From Marsupella aquatica (Eukaryota; Plantae; Marchantiophyta): 64,000 nt of DNA. The stretch covers positions 15,775,974 to 15,839,973 of the forward strand of contig OZ316899.1 of assembly GCA_973895155.1 (NCBI GenBank), written 5' to 3'. The translations under genes were made by a program, and so were the position numbers. How positions within the stretch are numbered: the stretch's first letter is position 1; each line of letters starts with the position of its first letter. The notes beneath the pieces were generated by a model, which was given only the letters and a program-made list of their open reading frames with translations, was not told the DNA's origin and made no database searches. This document shows positions 1 to 13,097 of this stretch, in pieces.

Positions 1-11
1 TTGATAATCTC

Positions 12-713
12 TCAAAGAATTGTGCATCCAAAATCTCTGCAAGACTGATTTTTTGCATCTACATTGAACTTCTCCATTCGATTCAATAGATCTCTAATTA
101 TCTCATGGACTAAAGCATCAATACACCTTCGCTTCCTATTGGGAGTTGGATTCACCTCACTGTTATTTGTGGCTTTTCTTTTCATCCTTGTGCTATACTG
201 TTGCTTGTCCCAATATGCAACTCTTTTCCTCGATGCCTCTTTCCTTCTGAATGCCGCAGCCTTGTCTACATCAACAACCAACCCTACCTCGTCGGTACTA
301 CACCCGACTCATCTATTCAAGGTTTGGAGATGTGCTTCCTTTCGACTTATGCTCACATCCAATCTGGACAACCTTTCCTTGTGTGCAGCCAATAGAGTCT
401 GTAACGTAACGACATCTTGATGTGCCCGTGCAGTGATTTGAAGTGCCTCAATCTTGTCAGCATTCTCAAGCTCTGCACATTGTTGCTTTGCATGAAGAAG
501 CAACTGCGCACCTTCCTCCTCTGCATCAGCAAGCAATTGTAGACCTTGCTGCTCTACTTCTTCCAACATGGATTGCTCAATTAGCATGGCATATTTCTTC
601 CTTTGCTCCTTGTAGTAAACCTTGCGCCTTTGAAGATTTTGTGCTTCTCTCTTCTTTTGTGTTGATTCATCTTCTGCTTCACAAACGACCTTCACCATGA
701 TCTCATCAATCAA
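12..713 (-). pseudogene. Fragmented charged/coiled-coil ORFs of unknown function, probably transposon-derived
   Basis: ORFs 309..713 and 12..281 are adjacent, same strand, and E/K/Q/R-rich; no recognisable domain. Confidence 0.3.
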
Positions 714-1223
714 CTTCTAATACTCAAAGACTTGTACTCTATCAAATGCTTTGGGCGGGCCCGTGTACGGGGCTTTGTGATATCTGATGGAACTGAGTTG
801 ATTGATTGGAACCTGCATCGCAATGTGCGGGAGTTGTTAGATTGGAACCTGCATCGCAATGTGCGTGAATTACAGTCTTCTTGGACTTAATTTCTTGCAA
901 GGAAGTGTAGACTCATTTGCGCTCTTCTCAATAGCTAGTAGGCTAAGTATTTACCGCACAATCAGGTCATTGCAATGCAATGGGTCCAACCAAATCTTTA
1001 GCAGAACATTTAAATCACAATGTGGCATACTTGACGCATGTATGTGATTCAACTTAAGATGATGAGTGCCTGCCGTGGAAGAGCACCCGGAGCCTCTCAC
1101 TGATCAAATGATTAGCGCCTCCCTTTGGCAAGCATCTCAAGCCCGTAGTTGCACTTTCAGACGATGATTGCCTCCCTTCAACTAGCCTGCGGGATCTTAA
1201 TTTGAATTGAGCGCCTCTCATAT

Positions 1224-2717
1224 AGTGGTGGACTTCACCACCCAACGCCCTCACCAATCCCAGCACTCACGCCTAAGTGCCCTTGGTGCCCAAACGCCTC
1301 CACGGATTACCTTGAGCAAGCAACCTAGTGCCCCTTTGCACCGCCAGCGGCCCCGCCCATACAAAGCCGCACTTGCTCTCTAACACGACCGCTACTCAAC
1401 AGTCCTCCCTATCTGCACAAGCAACCTAGCATCTCGGTAAGTAACCCTTCAGGATCTAGAACTCGCCAAGTCTAGCATCCTAACTCAAGCTCAACAGACG
1501 TTGGTAAATAGGTCAGCGATAGGTCCTCCCGACGCCATAAGCCGGAACCAGAACCCATGCCCACTGTTCGTCCAGAACAGCTCCTTCCTTGGGCGAGGGC
1601 CAGGTTCCTCCTTGTACCTATCCATCACCTACTGACCACCCTGACCCCAGGACATGCTCATGGCCCAAATAGCGTAGCTTGTCCCAAAGCTTGTCCTAAG
1701 CTTGTCCCAACACGTCGGGACCAGAACGGCCCCGACTCTAGCACCCGCTCCTGGTTCGCCCCACTGGTGGTCTAGGGGCCGAGCACCCTTGGGACTCAGC
1801 CTCCACACCTACTTGGCCTTGCCTCCCCAACGCAAGCTCCCTTGGGAGACTGAACGTGGCTTGGCTACTGTTCGGCAGGATTTGGCAAGCAGGCGAGCTA
1901 ACACCCGCAAACCACAAGAACCCATGGCACCTCCAGGCCCAGCTGAGCTCAGGAGGACGTAACCTCCTCAAGAGATTTCCAACGCACCCAAGAAGTCCTC
2001 CAACGGACTTCCCGTTGGGAAGATATCGTCATTTCCGTTTGGCGGTTTCCCTTAGTGTCGCGACCGCCGCGGCTCACGACTTCGGCTCGGCCTTAGCCCC
2101 CAGGGAGACACCACTCCCCTCATATATGCTTTTGGAGACCTGCCACCCTCGGACCAGCTTTGGTCCCTAATCATTTGGCCCCCAACCCGGATCCCATCGC
2201 GCATAATGGGCGCGCCACCAACTGGCAACGCCCATAACTTTCTTGATAGGCATCCGCAAGCGGAGTGCCTCAGCCCGTTGTGACCGGGCCGACCCAGTGC
2301 TCATGCCTAGGCCCTCAGGTCTGATTTCCGCTTGGGGCCCTCGACCGGCTCTACCCGGATCGGGCCACAACTTGCGCCCCAAGCGTCCGTTGCCAATGGC
2401 ATCAACTCCATCGGCCTTGGGCCCAAGAGGAGCTCACTCCCAAGCCTTCAGAACTCAAAGTCCATCCGACGGTCCGGACAGCCATCCTTGAGCCCGGCCC
2501 ATTTCCCCTTGACCCGACCAGCCATAGGCTAGTCCAAGTCCTTAGTGTGTGTCCCCAGCTTGGCCCCTTGCCTCGCTAGTGCCATGTCTCGTTGCCCACA
2601 AGTCTCCCCATGCTAAGTCCTCCCCGGATGGCCTATCCGGGCCTGGACCATAAGGGAGCTCGGCGTCGGAGTCAGCGACGCCGGAGCTAAGTGTTAAGGT
2701 AGTCGAGTTCTGCAACT
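1224..2717 (-). mobile_element. Solo LTR of gypsy family A (1494 bp)
   Basis: Reverse complement of the LTRs at 16884 and 41887. Ends are AGTGGTGGAC...GTTCTGCAACT. 5-bp TSD CATAT at 1219-1223 and 2718-2722. Confidence 0.92.
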
Positions 2718-3086
2718 CATATAAATCTATGTACCAAGCTACCATTGCCAATTCCCTTCTGTCTTATAACTTAAGTTGCTTCTCCTTTCCATTTTCAGAA
2801 TGCCAGGCATACGTCTACTTCACAATGCCAAATTTTGCTCAAGAGGCCTGTGATTCACTCATCAACATTCATTGATGTATTGACAGGCTCTTGTGCATTT
2901 TCATGCTTTCTTGTGACTAGGGAAATAAATTAAATATCTTGTCAAATTCAAATCTGACCGTAAGATTGACTCAAACAAATCTAGGCCACTCCATGTAACA
3001 TTTGGTCATTCTTGGTATCCCATGCGTATGTGGCCAAAGAGTCTAGTCCTTTTTGAGGAGAAAAAGGATATCCTTTTAGTACCCCT

Positions 3087-6000
3087 TGTGGTGCGTCCCA
3101 TGGCTCCCTAAACCCAAGAAACCCCTCTGCTCAAGCCAATTCCCGCAGGTTTCGCTCTTGGCGAGGCCGATTTTGCGGCTTAGCGACATGGGACGATGCT
3201 AACTTCCTTCTACTACTATTGCTATTAACATTTTACTCACATATACTGGACAGATCCTTCATTGGGTCATGAGATACGTAGCCGGCCTATTCTCGGCCTT
3301 CCCTTGTCCTCCTCTCTCGATTTTCCTTTAGGTATGTTTGGATTCTGCCGCCGGAATGATCCCCAACTGGCTTGGGTAAGCCGCTAAGACCTCTCTCAGC
3401 TCGACACATCCAACTCTTACTACCTTGCTTACTCCCTTCTTGGTTGATGTGGGCAATCTTCAAACAAGTTAATGCGACACACAAATAGCAAAATGACTCC
3501 TTCTGACTGAGTTATACCATGCACTTGCCATACAAACAATACTTCTCATATACAAGATCTGCGAACTAAGCCGTGAGGCCAACTCTATTCATTTCTTAGG
3601 TATGAGGAAACATGAATATACACAAGGGTCACAGTATAACTAACCGAGAGCTTCTTTAACTACTTGATCCCACCCCTGCTGGTGCACTAAAAACTTGCTA
3701 AGGAAGAAGGCCCTGAACTCCCCGCTGCCCAGGTACTTATCCTGGTAGTGGATCCGCCTAATTCCTTGCAGCATAAGCCTAATCTACCTAACTATAATCT
3801 ACCTATGTACAGCGAGGCAGGAGCACAAGTGTTGCTCTTACTAGTGGATCCGCAATCCCACTAAGCTAAGTGTCAGGGCCGCCCCTTGGTCCTGATCCTA
3901 ATTCTAAACTTGGAGATCTGAGCCCGCCCTGCCCACTCACGCCTCCTCCCTCCATGTCCGCCCTCCTTAAAAGGAGCGGCCCTCCACCGCCGTCATGGCA
4001 GCGGTGTCTGGTCCTCAATGGACGCCCCCAACACTTCCTCCGCAGCCACTACCATAGGTTCGTCCTCTGACAGATTACCTGCTCCTGACCAAGTCAACTC
4101 TCCATCGGCCTGACTGGGTCCATCCTTGGCTTTGGCCTCAGCATCGGCCACGGCCTCCCTGGCATGTTCTAGTGATGGATCCGGTACCCCGGCTTCATCA
4201 CCCCTGCCTTCTAGGGTAGTTGGATCCTCTACCGTGACCCTACCTAAGGTTGGTGTTGGGTTTACCTCCTTGGTCACGACAGCTTGAGGAGCCGTATTAC
4301 TCCCTGACCTAGAAGGTTTCCGCTTCTTCTTCTTTGGTTTGGCAGCTGGCCCCTTCCCCTTGCCACTACCTCCGGCACCGGTGCGAGTGTCTCGGCTTGT
4401 CCTTCGGCCAATACTACACCAGGTAACTTAGTTGCCCCAATTGGAGTTGGTCCTGAGGAAGCCAAGCACTTAAATACTGCGGCCTTTTTCTTTAGCCGCT
4501 CCGTTTGGTTGTCGGCTCGCCGCTGTAAGTTTTCCATCTTCCGCGTGCTTTCCTCCAACTCCTGCAATTCATCTAGGTCCTTGCGCGCCTCCTCCCGCTC
4601 CTTCTGGGCTTCCTCCAATTCCTTCTTTAAGGTCGCCCTCTCCTCCTGGGTTGCTCTCAGCTCCTTGTCGAGCTCCATAACGACCTCAGACTCCATTTTA
4701 TTCATCTTGGCATAAGTCTGGTCGAGCTGGTCGTCTTTCTCGCGGAGGTCGGCCTTGAAGCTGTCCGTCATGGATGCGAGCTCCTGCCGCAGCACGATAA
4801 TCGCCTAATAGGATTTCCCTAACTCGGCCTCCTTCTGCTCAAGGGCTCCGCGGATATCCTCAAGTTCCCCCTTCAGCGCCCTTTCCCTTCTCTGAGTTTC
4901 CGCCATGGCCCGATTGTTGGCTGCTATGTGGGCCTCCTTTGCGTCTCTCAGCTCTCGCTTCCACTTCTCCTTCTCCTTGATCGAATTGGCCAGATCACAT
5001 TGGGTCCGAGTCAATTTATCCTTGATAATCTGATTATCAGACTGCGTAGTATCCAATTGCCCTGCATGATGTTGAGCTCATGCCGCTTAATCCGCAGCTC
5101 ATCTTGGGCTTTCTTGGACGCCTTCAGGTCTTCTACCTCGGCTTCCCTTGCCCTAAGCCGACGGATGACCTCAATCTTGCTTCTTTCCAAAGCCATCACT
5201 TCTTCTAATCGGTGCTTCTCCAACATTTCCCTCTGGAAAAAAGGTCCCTGCTCCAACTCCTCCCCAAAGATGCCAAGCGCAAGTTCCCCACACATCTCCC
5301 CGTACTCCATGGCTCATTCTTTAGCATAGGCGGAGTGAGCAGAAGTCATTGGCATCATCCACCACGGCCTTTGTTCCCAGGCAGCCTTGCAAATTTCTTC
5401 TATCGTGGCTGGCGGGTTGCTTCGTTTTTCTGCAAGCCGCCGAATGTCCTTTGGCCATTCTTCTCTTGGTAAATCCTTCTCCCTTGCCAGGGCTGCCTCC
5501 TCTTCCTCCCTGCGTTGTTCCTGAAACTCCTATGCCGTCTATTTTATGCCGTCAAAACTTGGGGGAGCAACATCTGGTGGGGGAGATTCGGGGCTGCTCT
5601 ACTGGGTCGGGTCCCCTCGAACTACACTTGGAAGAGTGGGGATGAACCTGCCATAGGTCCTTATTCTTGGAACATGATGGTCTGACCCGTAGCCGGAGTC
5701 ATCATTGTCGTAGCCTTCTACCACCTCCTCCTCGGCTTGGACTACCGGCTCCCCCCGTTGCTGTCCTGGTCCTGCCGTGAACACAACCCCACAGATCACG
5801 GGTCTTGGTTCCTCCAACTTCCACGTTGATCTCATCTTCTCCCTGTCGTGACCAGGGGCCTCGGGCTGCTTCTCCTCGGCTTCGGGACTTGAAGCTCCTA
5901 CATACATTCGGACTCCCGGCTCGTGTTCCGGCCTCCTTCTCTCCTTGGCCCCGGTAAAGGGGTTTTCCCTGGTAAGTTGGCTAAGGCCGACTTCGGAAGC

Positions 6001-7736
6001 AATATTCTGTACTGGCCCCGTTGCCGCTGCCGTTCTCCTTTCCTTCTCCAGCAATTTCAGCAGATTCTGCATGCCTGGTTGCTGCATCAGCAAGTCCTCC
6101 TTCCTCGGCCTAAACACCTGCTCGATTGTAGGACTGTCGGGCTGGGTCGGTTTCTCTGTTGCCGGCCTTGGTTCCGGGACCTCCTCTGGTGCTCTTGCCT
6201 GCAGGGGCAGTACCAGGGCAAATATCTGGCTTTGGGCATACCGGCACAACAGCGGCATGTGATAACCAAGCCGGGACACGCTTCCCATGCCGATCACTAG
6301 CTGTTCCTCCTTCAAGATCTTCTTTAGTTGGGTGAGGAGGTACCCGTTGTAGTCTCGGCTTGGGTCTGGCCTCTCCGCCAGATAGACCTGTGCCTTGCCG
6401 ATCTCTGCCCTCGGCAAGTTACAATGCATGGTCACCCGCAAGAAATCAATCATTTCTCCTATGTGCGGGTTGGTGCAGGTGTTTTGGAAGAAGCCATTCT
6501 TTGTTGATGGCCCTGGAAATGACCAAAACGCCTTGTCTGGCAAGGTCTTCCTGGTATCTACTTTGGTCTTATTGCCCATCGGCAAGCCAAATACTTTGGC
6601 AATCACCCGGGGAATGAGATAGAAATCCTTCCCATACACCCTTGTGGAATTGGTCTCGGGCTCACATAATCCCACGAATTCCAGTAAGTCTGAATCCGGC
6701 ACCTCCGGCTTCAGCCATGGTAACTTTACGAATGCTTCCAAGCCGGATCCGGCCATGAAGCCCTGGTATTTCCGAGTCTGCATAGCTGTAAAACATGCAT
6801 CCTCTTCCCACGCAAAGTGTAATTGCACCTCCTCGGGGAGGGTCGCCGCCCAGCCTTTCCAGGTGTCATCTCTTGCTGGAACGGCATTGACGGGGTCGAC
6901 CTCCTCCTCTTCGACTTTCGCCTGCCTCCTGCTTCCCTGCTCTACTGGTTTCCTGGGTGCCACCGACCTCATTCTTTTTGCAGGGGTGGCTTGTTGTTGT
7001 TCCCTTTCCTCTTCATAGCGGCTACCGTGGATGTTTCTCCTAGCACGGTTGCCTTCATCCACCCCTCCGTGCTACCCTTCAACTCCCAGTGTATGTTGTT
7101 GCAGCGGTTGATGGCCTCCCGGATGCCGACTATCTTGTTCTCACAAAACAAAAGATCGTTGAGTTCGTCGGCAGTAGGCATCCACAAGAATTCAGCCGTA
7201 ATGAGTTTTCCTCCTAAGAAAGCAGACTTCTGCAGCTCCCACAGCCAAGCGAGCTCCTGCCGTTCTCAAGCCGCTCTCTTTGATTCTTCGTCCTGGTAGG
7301 TCCCAATGTACTCAGTTGCCCGTTCTAACAGGCATCCCCAAAAATGAGCATCTTGATTGACGTTGCTCATACCCCTCTTGAGTTGATCGTCGGTATCTGC
7401 TTCCACCCCAAGTGCTTGCCTGAGCAGTGGACAGCAGTTGGCCTCCCGTAGTCGTCCGCTTGGCTTGTGTTTGCAAATGAGCCGCCAGTCCTTGCGCTTC
7501 GTCCTTACCCCCCCTTGGCTGATCTTCCTTCCCATTAGTAGCCGCCCGTACTTAGCGCGCCCTAACCCTAATCATGTTTCCCCCGACGTCCTTATCTTCG
7601 GCCTCGGCTTGGGTTCCATAGTCACCCTTAATTGTTTATATTTCCCTATTTTTGTTACTATACTAAGGTGTTTCCTAGGGTACACTCCTGATTTTACTAA
7701 TTAAACTGGCCTAATGATTCCTGGCTAGGCATCACA
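3087..7736 (-). mobile_element. Solo LTR of family B (4650 bp), containing a long ORF
   Basis: Element-strand termini TGTGATGCC...GCACCACA. 5-bp TSD CCCCT at 3082-3086 and 7737-7741. Colinear with 49388-53580, which is followed by a PBS and gag. Confidence 0.88.
3866..7370 (-). pseudogene. Family-B LTR-encoded protein, ~1,150 codons when frameshifts/stops are bridged; plant-transposon accessory-type domain plus long coiled coil
   Basis: ORF pieces 7266..7535, 6969..7187, 5599..7062, 5011..5310, 4805..5056, 4274..4795 and 3993..4277 are colinear and match the copies at 13098-16883 and 49758-52803. Motif GLE..LPW..D..EFV..T..G..FGLP.G; C-terminal heptads. Confidence 0.75.
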
Positions 7737-7741
7737 CCCCT

Positions 7742-8257
7742 CAATCTTGCCATCCACCTTTCTTCAATATCTATGATGTTGTCAACGTTCTTGCAAAGAG
7801 CTTTCACAAGCAAACCAGTCGCAGGATTCAAAATCCCACCCGGTTTTGCAAGAGGATTGGCTTTGTGATTTCTTTTTATTAAATCCTCGGCCATCTTTTC
7901 AGCATTCCTTGAGAAAACTTTTCTACTCTGATGGTTATGTTCACCTATATGAACCGCGAGCCGAGACATGTGACTACAGGTTTCTGTATCAAGTAGGACC
8001 TGTGGATACATATAGAACAAGCGAGCAGGGCAAGAGTCCACACAAAAAGGAATCTGTTCACAATAGTGATATACTATACCACCCTCTTCAATGAACAAAC
8101 CCACCACATGCTGGCCACTAAGCTTAGGGGTACCAGCCCAAGCTTTTGCATTGCATCTCTTCTTTTGCTGAAAGTACTCACCGGCGACCCATGGCAAAAA
8201 AGGCAGAGCAGTAATCCGCCATGTAGCGATAGACAAGAGCAGCAATGACGACGACAA
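7742..8257 (-). pseudogene. Fragment of a MULE-type transposase N-terminal Zn-binding (GCM/WRKY-like) region, cut by the family-B LTR
   Basis: ORF 7697..8257 contains C..SCPARLFY...SRLAVHIGEHNH, a C-x-C...H-x-H pattern typical of MULE DNA-binding domains. The ORF runs into the LTR-B end at 7736. Confidence 0.5.
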
Positions 8258-10777
8258 AAGATGGTTGACCCCAAAAACTACTGAGTCTCACCTTTGCGCT
8301 ACTGATTGTCACCTTTGTCCAAGGTAGCTAGTAATAGCAAGTTGAAGTCCCGCTCCAAGTTGTCGGCTTCCACTCCAAGCTCCCTAAAATATTGATGCCT
8401 CAGGTCCAAGTTGTCAGCTCCCACGCGCAACTCCCTAAACCTACACACCGCGGCTGCTTAGCTCACCAACAGCTTGCAGAAACAATGACCTCCCCTCTGA
8501 AACTGATAAAAACAACTGAATACAATTAGTGAAAGCACAAGGACAAAACAGGGACCTCACTAAGCAGGACCTCACTAAGCGCACTATTGCCTACAACCTT
8601 ATAGAGTTGTTCAGGGCAGTAAGAGAGAAACCCGGAGCTTAAATGCCAGAGTTGTTCCCGAGGAGTGCAGTTCAAAGCAAATGCAGTGTCCACCTACATT
8701 GTAGCTCAACTCACTCGGTTGAGATCAATGTTAACCTCCACTCCAGCTCCACCTCAAAGCCTTGTAGTTGAACTCCAATGTCTCCAGGCCTGGAGCCCAC
8801 TCCCGTTCTTTCAACAACACAAACCTCTTCCTTCCCACTGTCTGACTTAAGAAATTGAAAGGGCATGGCGACAGAAGCAGTCATGTACATTGAAAACTTA
8901 CCTTCAACTAATAGGATGCTCTAGGATGGGCCGCTACTCCTGGGACTATCCCGCACTCTCAGCCATAATCTTTCATGCAATGCTAGGACCAAAATCTGTC
9001 CGCTATCTCCGCTCACAAACTTCGCTCATAAAGCAATCTCTCGCACCTCCAGACTGAAGCTCGCAGCAGCCTCAATCTTGAACACATGAGCGCCTTTGCA
9101 GCAAGTTGTCAAGCAATGGTCGATGAAATGGGAGCGCAAACATAAGGGGTACTAGCAACTGAAACAGAGTCCGCAACTACAAGCTTTGCAGCTCAACTCT
9201 CTGAGCTCTCCCAACTCATAGGTATCAGCGCACTCTACCCACACTTGATCAAGCGCTCTTCCAATGCTTGCTAGGTTGATCTTCCAATGCTCATAGTAAG
9301 CTATGGACACCAAGCTCAGAAGACCGTGGGGAGACAACTATACTTGCAGCCACGAGGTGACATAGCAAAGATAGGGGATTGCAGCCTTACCTGGGCCGAT
9401 GTAGCACGAAGCAGCCCTAACTGAAGCTGCGTAGCAATCCGCAGCAAGACCAGTGCAAATGCAAGCCAAACAATGTCCTCCACGAACCTAAAATGCGGCC
9501 ACTCGATCCACCTCCAAAGATTTTGTTTGAGAAAGGGACGCAATGTCACCATAGCTCCAATCGGTTCACACACTCCTCCTTCAATCACTCAACAACAAGA
9601 AGCACACACTTGCTATTCTTGCCTACCCTTCATAGTGCCTATTGTTGATGCAATACACAATTGCGGATGTCGCCTACTACTGACATTGCCTTTCGTCGAT
9701 GCAGCACACACTCACAATTCTTGCCTCCTACTACTCACATTGCAGTCAGGAGCAAAGTTTGTCGATGCAACTCCAGGTTGAGTGACAAAGTGGCCCCTTG
9801 TTTCCCTCACAAAAAATGCATGATTGCCTCCTCATCCCTGTGAATCCTTGGAATCCTTTGCACAATGGCAGTTGGTGGGAAGGAATACATTAAACCTAAA
9901 CCTGGTTTAACCTGGGAAGATTTGTTTACAACCATCAGATCCTCCTTTGATTAAGGTAAGCACTGACACAATGTTATGGTCATTCCATGAGCACAATGTG
10001 TGTGATGCCTTTATCAGGTATGTAACATGCATGGAGGGGATGGAGTACATGAAGGTTCAAGCTGCATTCCCGGGTCTTGGTAATTTTCTACCTTTAAAGG
10101 TATCTCGATGGGACGATGTGTGGAGGGGGAAAACATGTTGGTTTATAGGGCATGGAAATAAGCCTAAATAACCTGCCCTAGCTTGCATATATATGTGATG
10201 CTGAAATTGGTAAAAACCACACCTGTCGGCACAGCCAATAGCTAGTGTATACACCAAATAGACACTAGGGGAAAGCATTAAGCTAGGCTATGATGCCTTT
10301 CATGGAACCTTTTTGCGGTTGAATGTGGCGTCATTGTTTCCAAATTAATTGCTGGAAGTTGGGGAATTTTCTTGGCCTAGAATAATGGTGGGATACTCAC
10401 TAATGGTTAAAATGACATGACTTAACTATGATTAAATGAAGTAATGTAATTATATATGGTGTATCCAAAATCATATGTATTGGGTTGGATCCCATAGTTT
10501 AGGGTTTAGGGTTAATGGTTCAAATGTTGTGCATACATAATGCTCTAATGTAGAGTCACTTGTATAACTATAACCTAATTGCCTTAAGTTAGTTATACTT
10601 GCAACTTTCCAAATAGTTGTAACCATGACTACCCAAAACTTGTCCAAAACTCAGTCAACAAGGTGTGACTAACATGACACCAAAAACCTTGGAGTCGTTT
10701 ATTTATGAAGGTCTCGCACAAGTCATGTAGGGGAGGGTCTCAAAATGGGTGGTTTTCTTCTAGTAGGAGTTTACTCA

Positions 10778-11227
10778 ATGAGCAACGGACACTTGGGGCA
10801 CAATTTACAGCCCAATCCGGGTTTGGCTAATCGGGGGTCCCAAGCAACAATGGGATTTGAGGGTCTAGGCATGAGCATTGGGTTGGCCCAATCACAACGG
10901 GCTAAGGCACTCCACTTACGTACGTCTAACTAGAAAGTTGGTGGCGCACCCACACATGTGGGCTGGGGTCCAGGCGGGGGGTCCAAATTTGGGGACCAAA
11001 TTTGGTTTGAGGGTGGCAAGTCTCCAGAAGCATATATGAGGGAGTAATGTCTCCCTGGGGGCTAAGGGCAAGCCAAAGTTGTGAGTCGCGGTGGTCACGA
11101 CACTAAAGGAAAATGCCAACGGGAACGACGATAACTTCCCAACAGGAAGTCCGTTGGAAGATTTCTTGGGTGCATTGGAAAGCTTTCAAGGAGGGCTACA
11201 TCCTCCTGAGCTCAACTGGTCTAGGGT
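10778..11227 (+). repeat. Degenerate internal fragment of a family-A LTR
   Basis: Colinear with ~42525-42960 (GCAACGGAC...CTAGGCATGAGCA...CATATGAGGG...CTCCTGAGCTCA); both termini are missing. Confidence 0.85.
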
Positions 11228-12259
11228 TGTCACACAATTGATATGGGTATTAACACCAAAAACGTCACTATTGGGTGCCAAAACCATCTCCTTGTACCTG
11301 AGGATCACAAAGGGATGTTGTGAAGGCTAGTAAACACCAGTTTATGCCCTTGACGCCAGACTATCATAACAAGACTCTGTCACACATCACCCAAGCTCAA
11401 TTCCAAGGAACCAAGGTTGGGAATCAGATCCTGTGCTCATGATAGTTCTGGTGAGAAGGGGTCTTCATATCGGGCCCGTACACACAGGGCCTATATAGCA
11501 CTACGGTGCGGATATGTCTATACGTATGCTTACGGCCATAGGTATATTTCTATTCCACCGCTGTCCTAAGGATAAGTAATAAGGTGGGAAAGGTCTTGAG
11601 AAACACGCTGGGTGTTTGGCTGCTTGAGATAGTAGACGGTTTCCAACAAGACGACTCTAATCAACCAAACATCACAAAAATATCCACCTCATCCATAGCC
11701 AAAGCAAAGTAACTCATCCATTTACAAAATTGAGGACAACTTCTCCTCAACAATCAAATTAATATAACTATAGATTTTTCTAAGTCAAAAGTAGGTCTCC
11801 ATCCAGACCATCCTAGCAAGTAACACCAAGTAGTATGTATAAGATTGCATCTCAACCCCTCCAACAAGTCTATCAAAAACAAGGCTTTGAAATAGTCTAT
11901 CTACTCTTGTCCTACACCATCATAACAACTTCAAGAACTTCAACTCTCAAGCAAGCAAAGCCTCAACCATGGAGAAAAGCTCTTCCCCTTCCATACTCCT
12001 TACTTATCATCCTTCAATGTTTCCTTCTCCCAAACTGAGTAAAACATTGGCCAACGCTTCCGCACAAGAGTGAAGCCAATAATTTCCACCTTACCTTCAA
12101 TGTTCTAGATATTGGGTAAAGATTGCAACAAAGGTGCCCCTTCCAAGCTATATAGACCCCCAAGGCAAGACAAATCCACACCGGTAGGTGAAGGAACAAG
12201 TCAATTACCAAGGCAATTGCACTCAAGGTTAGGCAACACACCTCCAAGCACACATAAGC

Positions 12260-12685
12260 CCAATTCCTTCACATCTACTTTTGCTTCCCAAGTAGCACCA
12301 ACCTCAACAGGATAGGGTGAAATCAAGACGGGATCATCCCAACCTATTTTCAGACAAATGAATGCAGCCAACCTCTTCTTCTCAACCTCACTAGGGGGTA
12401 ATGAAGTAGAAGGTTCAAGACCTAAGGTGTAGACTTATGTCTCAAAAGCTACTTTCACCATCTTGACTTCCAAAGCACTCAAATGATTTTCAACCAAGGC
12501 TTTCATTCCACCCTTACCATTGTTGAAAGGTATTTCTTCACTTGAATCAAATTAAGCAAGCTTCTTCAAGCCTGGCTCACCTATATACTTAACTTGATTG
12601 TTCCTCAGAGCAATGAAAAGCTCTTGACAATCTCTCTTTTGGTGCTCTTTAGAATCACACCACAAACATGGCCAAGTAGTGGTTC
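12260..12685 (-). pseudogene. gag: Retrotransposon gag C-terminal fragment with CCHC zinc knuckle
   Basis: Minus-strand translation near 12620-12670 gives CLWCDSKEHQKRDC (CX2CX4HX4C), followed by stop-interrupted sequence. Confidence 0.55.
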
Positions 12686-13097
12686 TTCTTCACACAAGTT
12701 GATGCGACACACAACTAGAAAAGATGACTCGTACTGACTAAGTTATACCGTGTAAGTGCCATACAAAGAGTACTTCTCATACACAAGATTTGCAAACTAA
12801 GCCAGAGGCCAACTCTATTAAGCTCTTAGGCATGAGGAAACATGAATATACACAAGAGTCACTGCATAACTAACCAAGAGCTTCTCTGACTAATTGATCC
12901 CAGCCTTGCTGGTGCACTAAAAACTCGCTTAAGAAGATGGCCCTGAAGTCCCCGTTGCACAGGTATTTATCCTGGCAGCGTAGCTACCTATTTCCTTGTT
13001 GTGTAAGCCAAATCTACCTCTAAGTGTAATCTACCTATATACAGCAAGGCAAGAGTACAAGTGTTTCTCTTACCAGTGGATCCGCGATCCCATTAAC

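Noticed and set aside
804-865. 26-bp direct repeat GATTGGAACCTGCATCGCAATGTGCG x2
   Set aside because: A simple local duplication with no further copies or associated structure.
1557-2751. Short ORFs recurring in every LTR-A copy (e.g. MIGIRKRSA..., MGRKLWPDPG...)
   Set aside because: They recur only because the DNA is repeated. Frames overlap on both strands and break differently in each copy.
10498-10514. Telomere-like TTTAGGG repeats (also ~60420-60432)
   Set aside because: Only about two units; too short to call an interstitial telomere.
8280-10740. Short ORFs and weak ~55-60-bp duplications
   Set aside because: No recognisable domain, termini or TSD; left unannotated.
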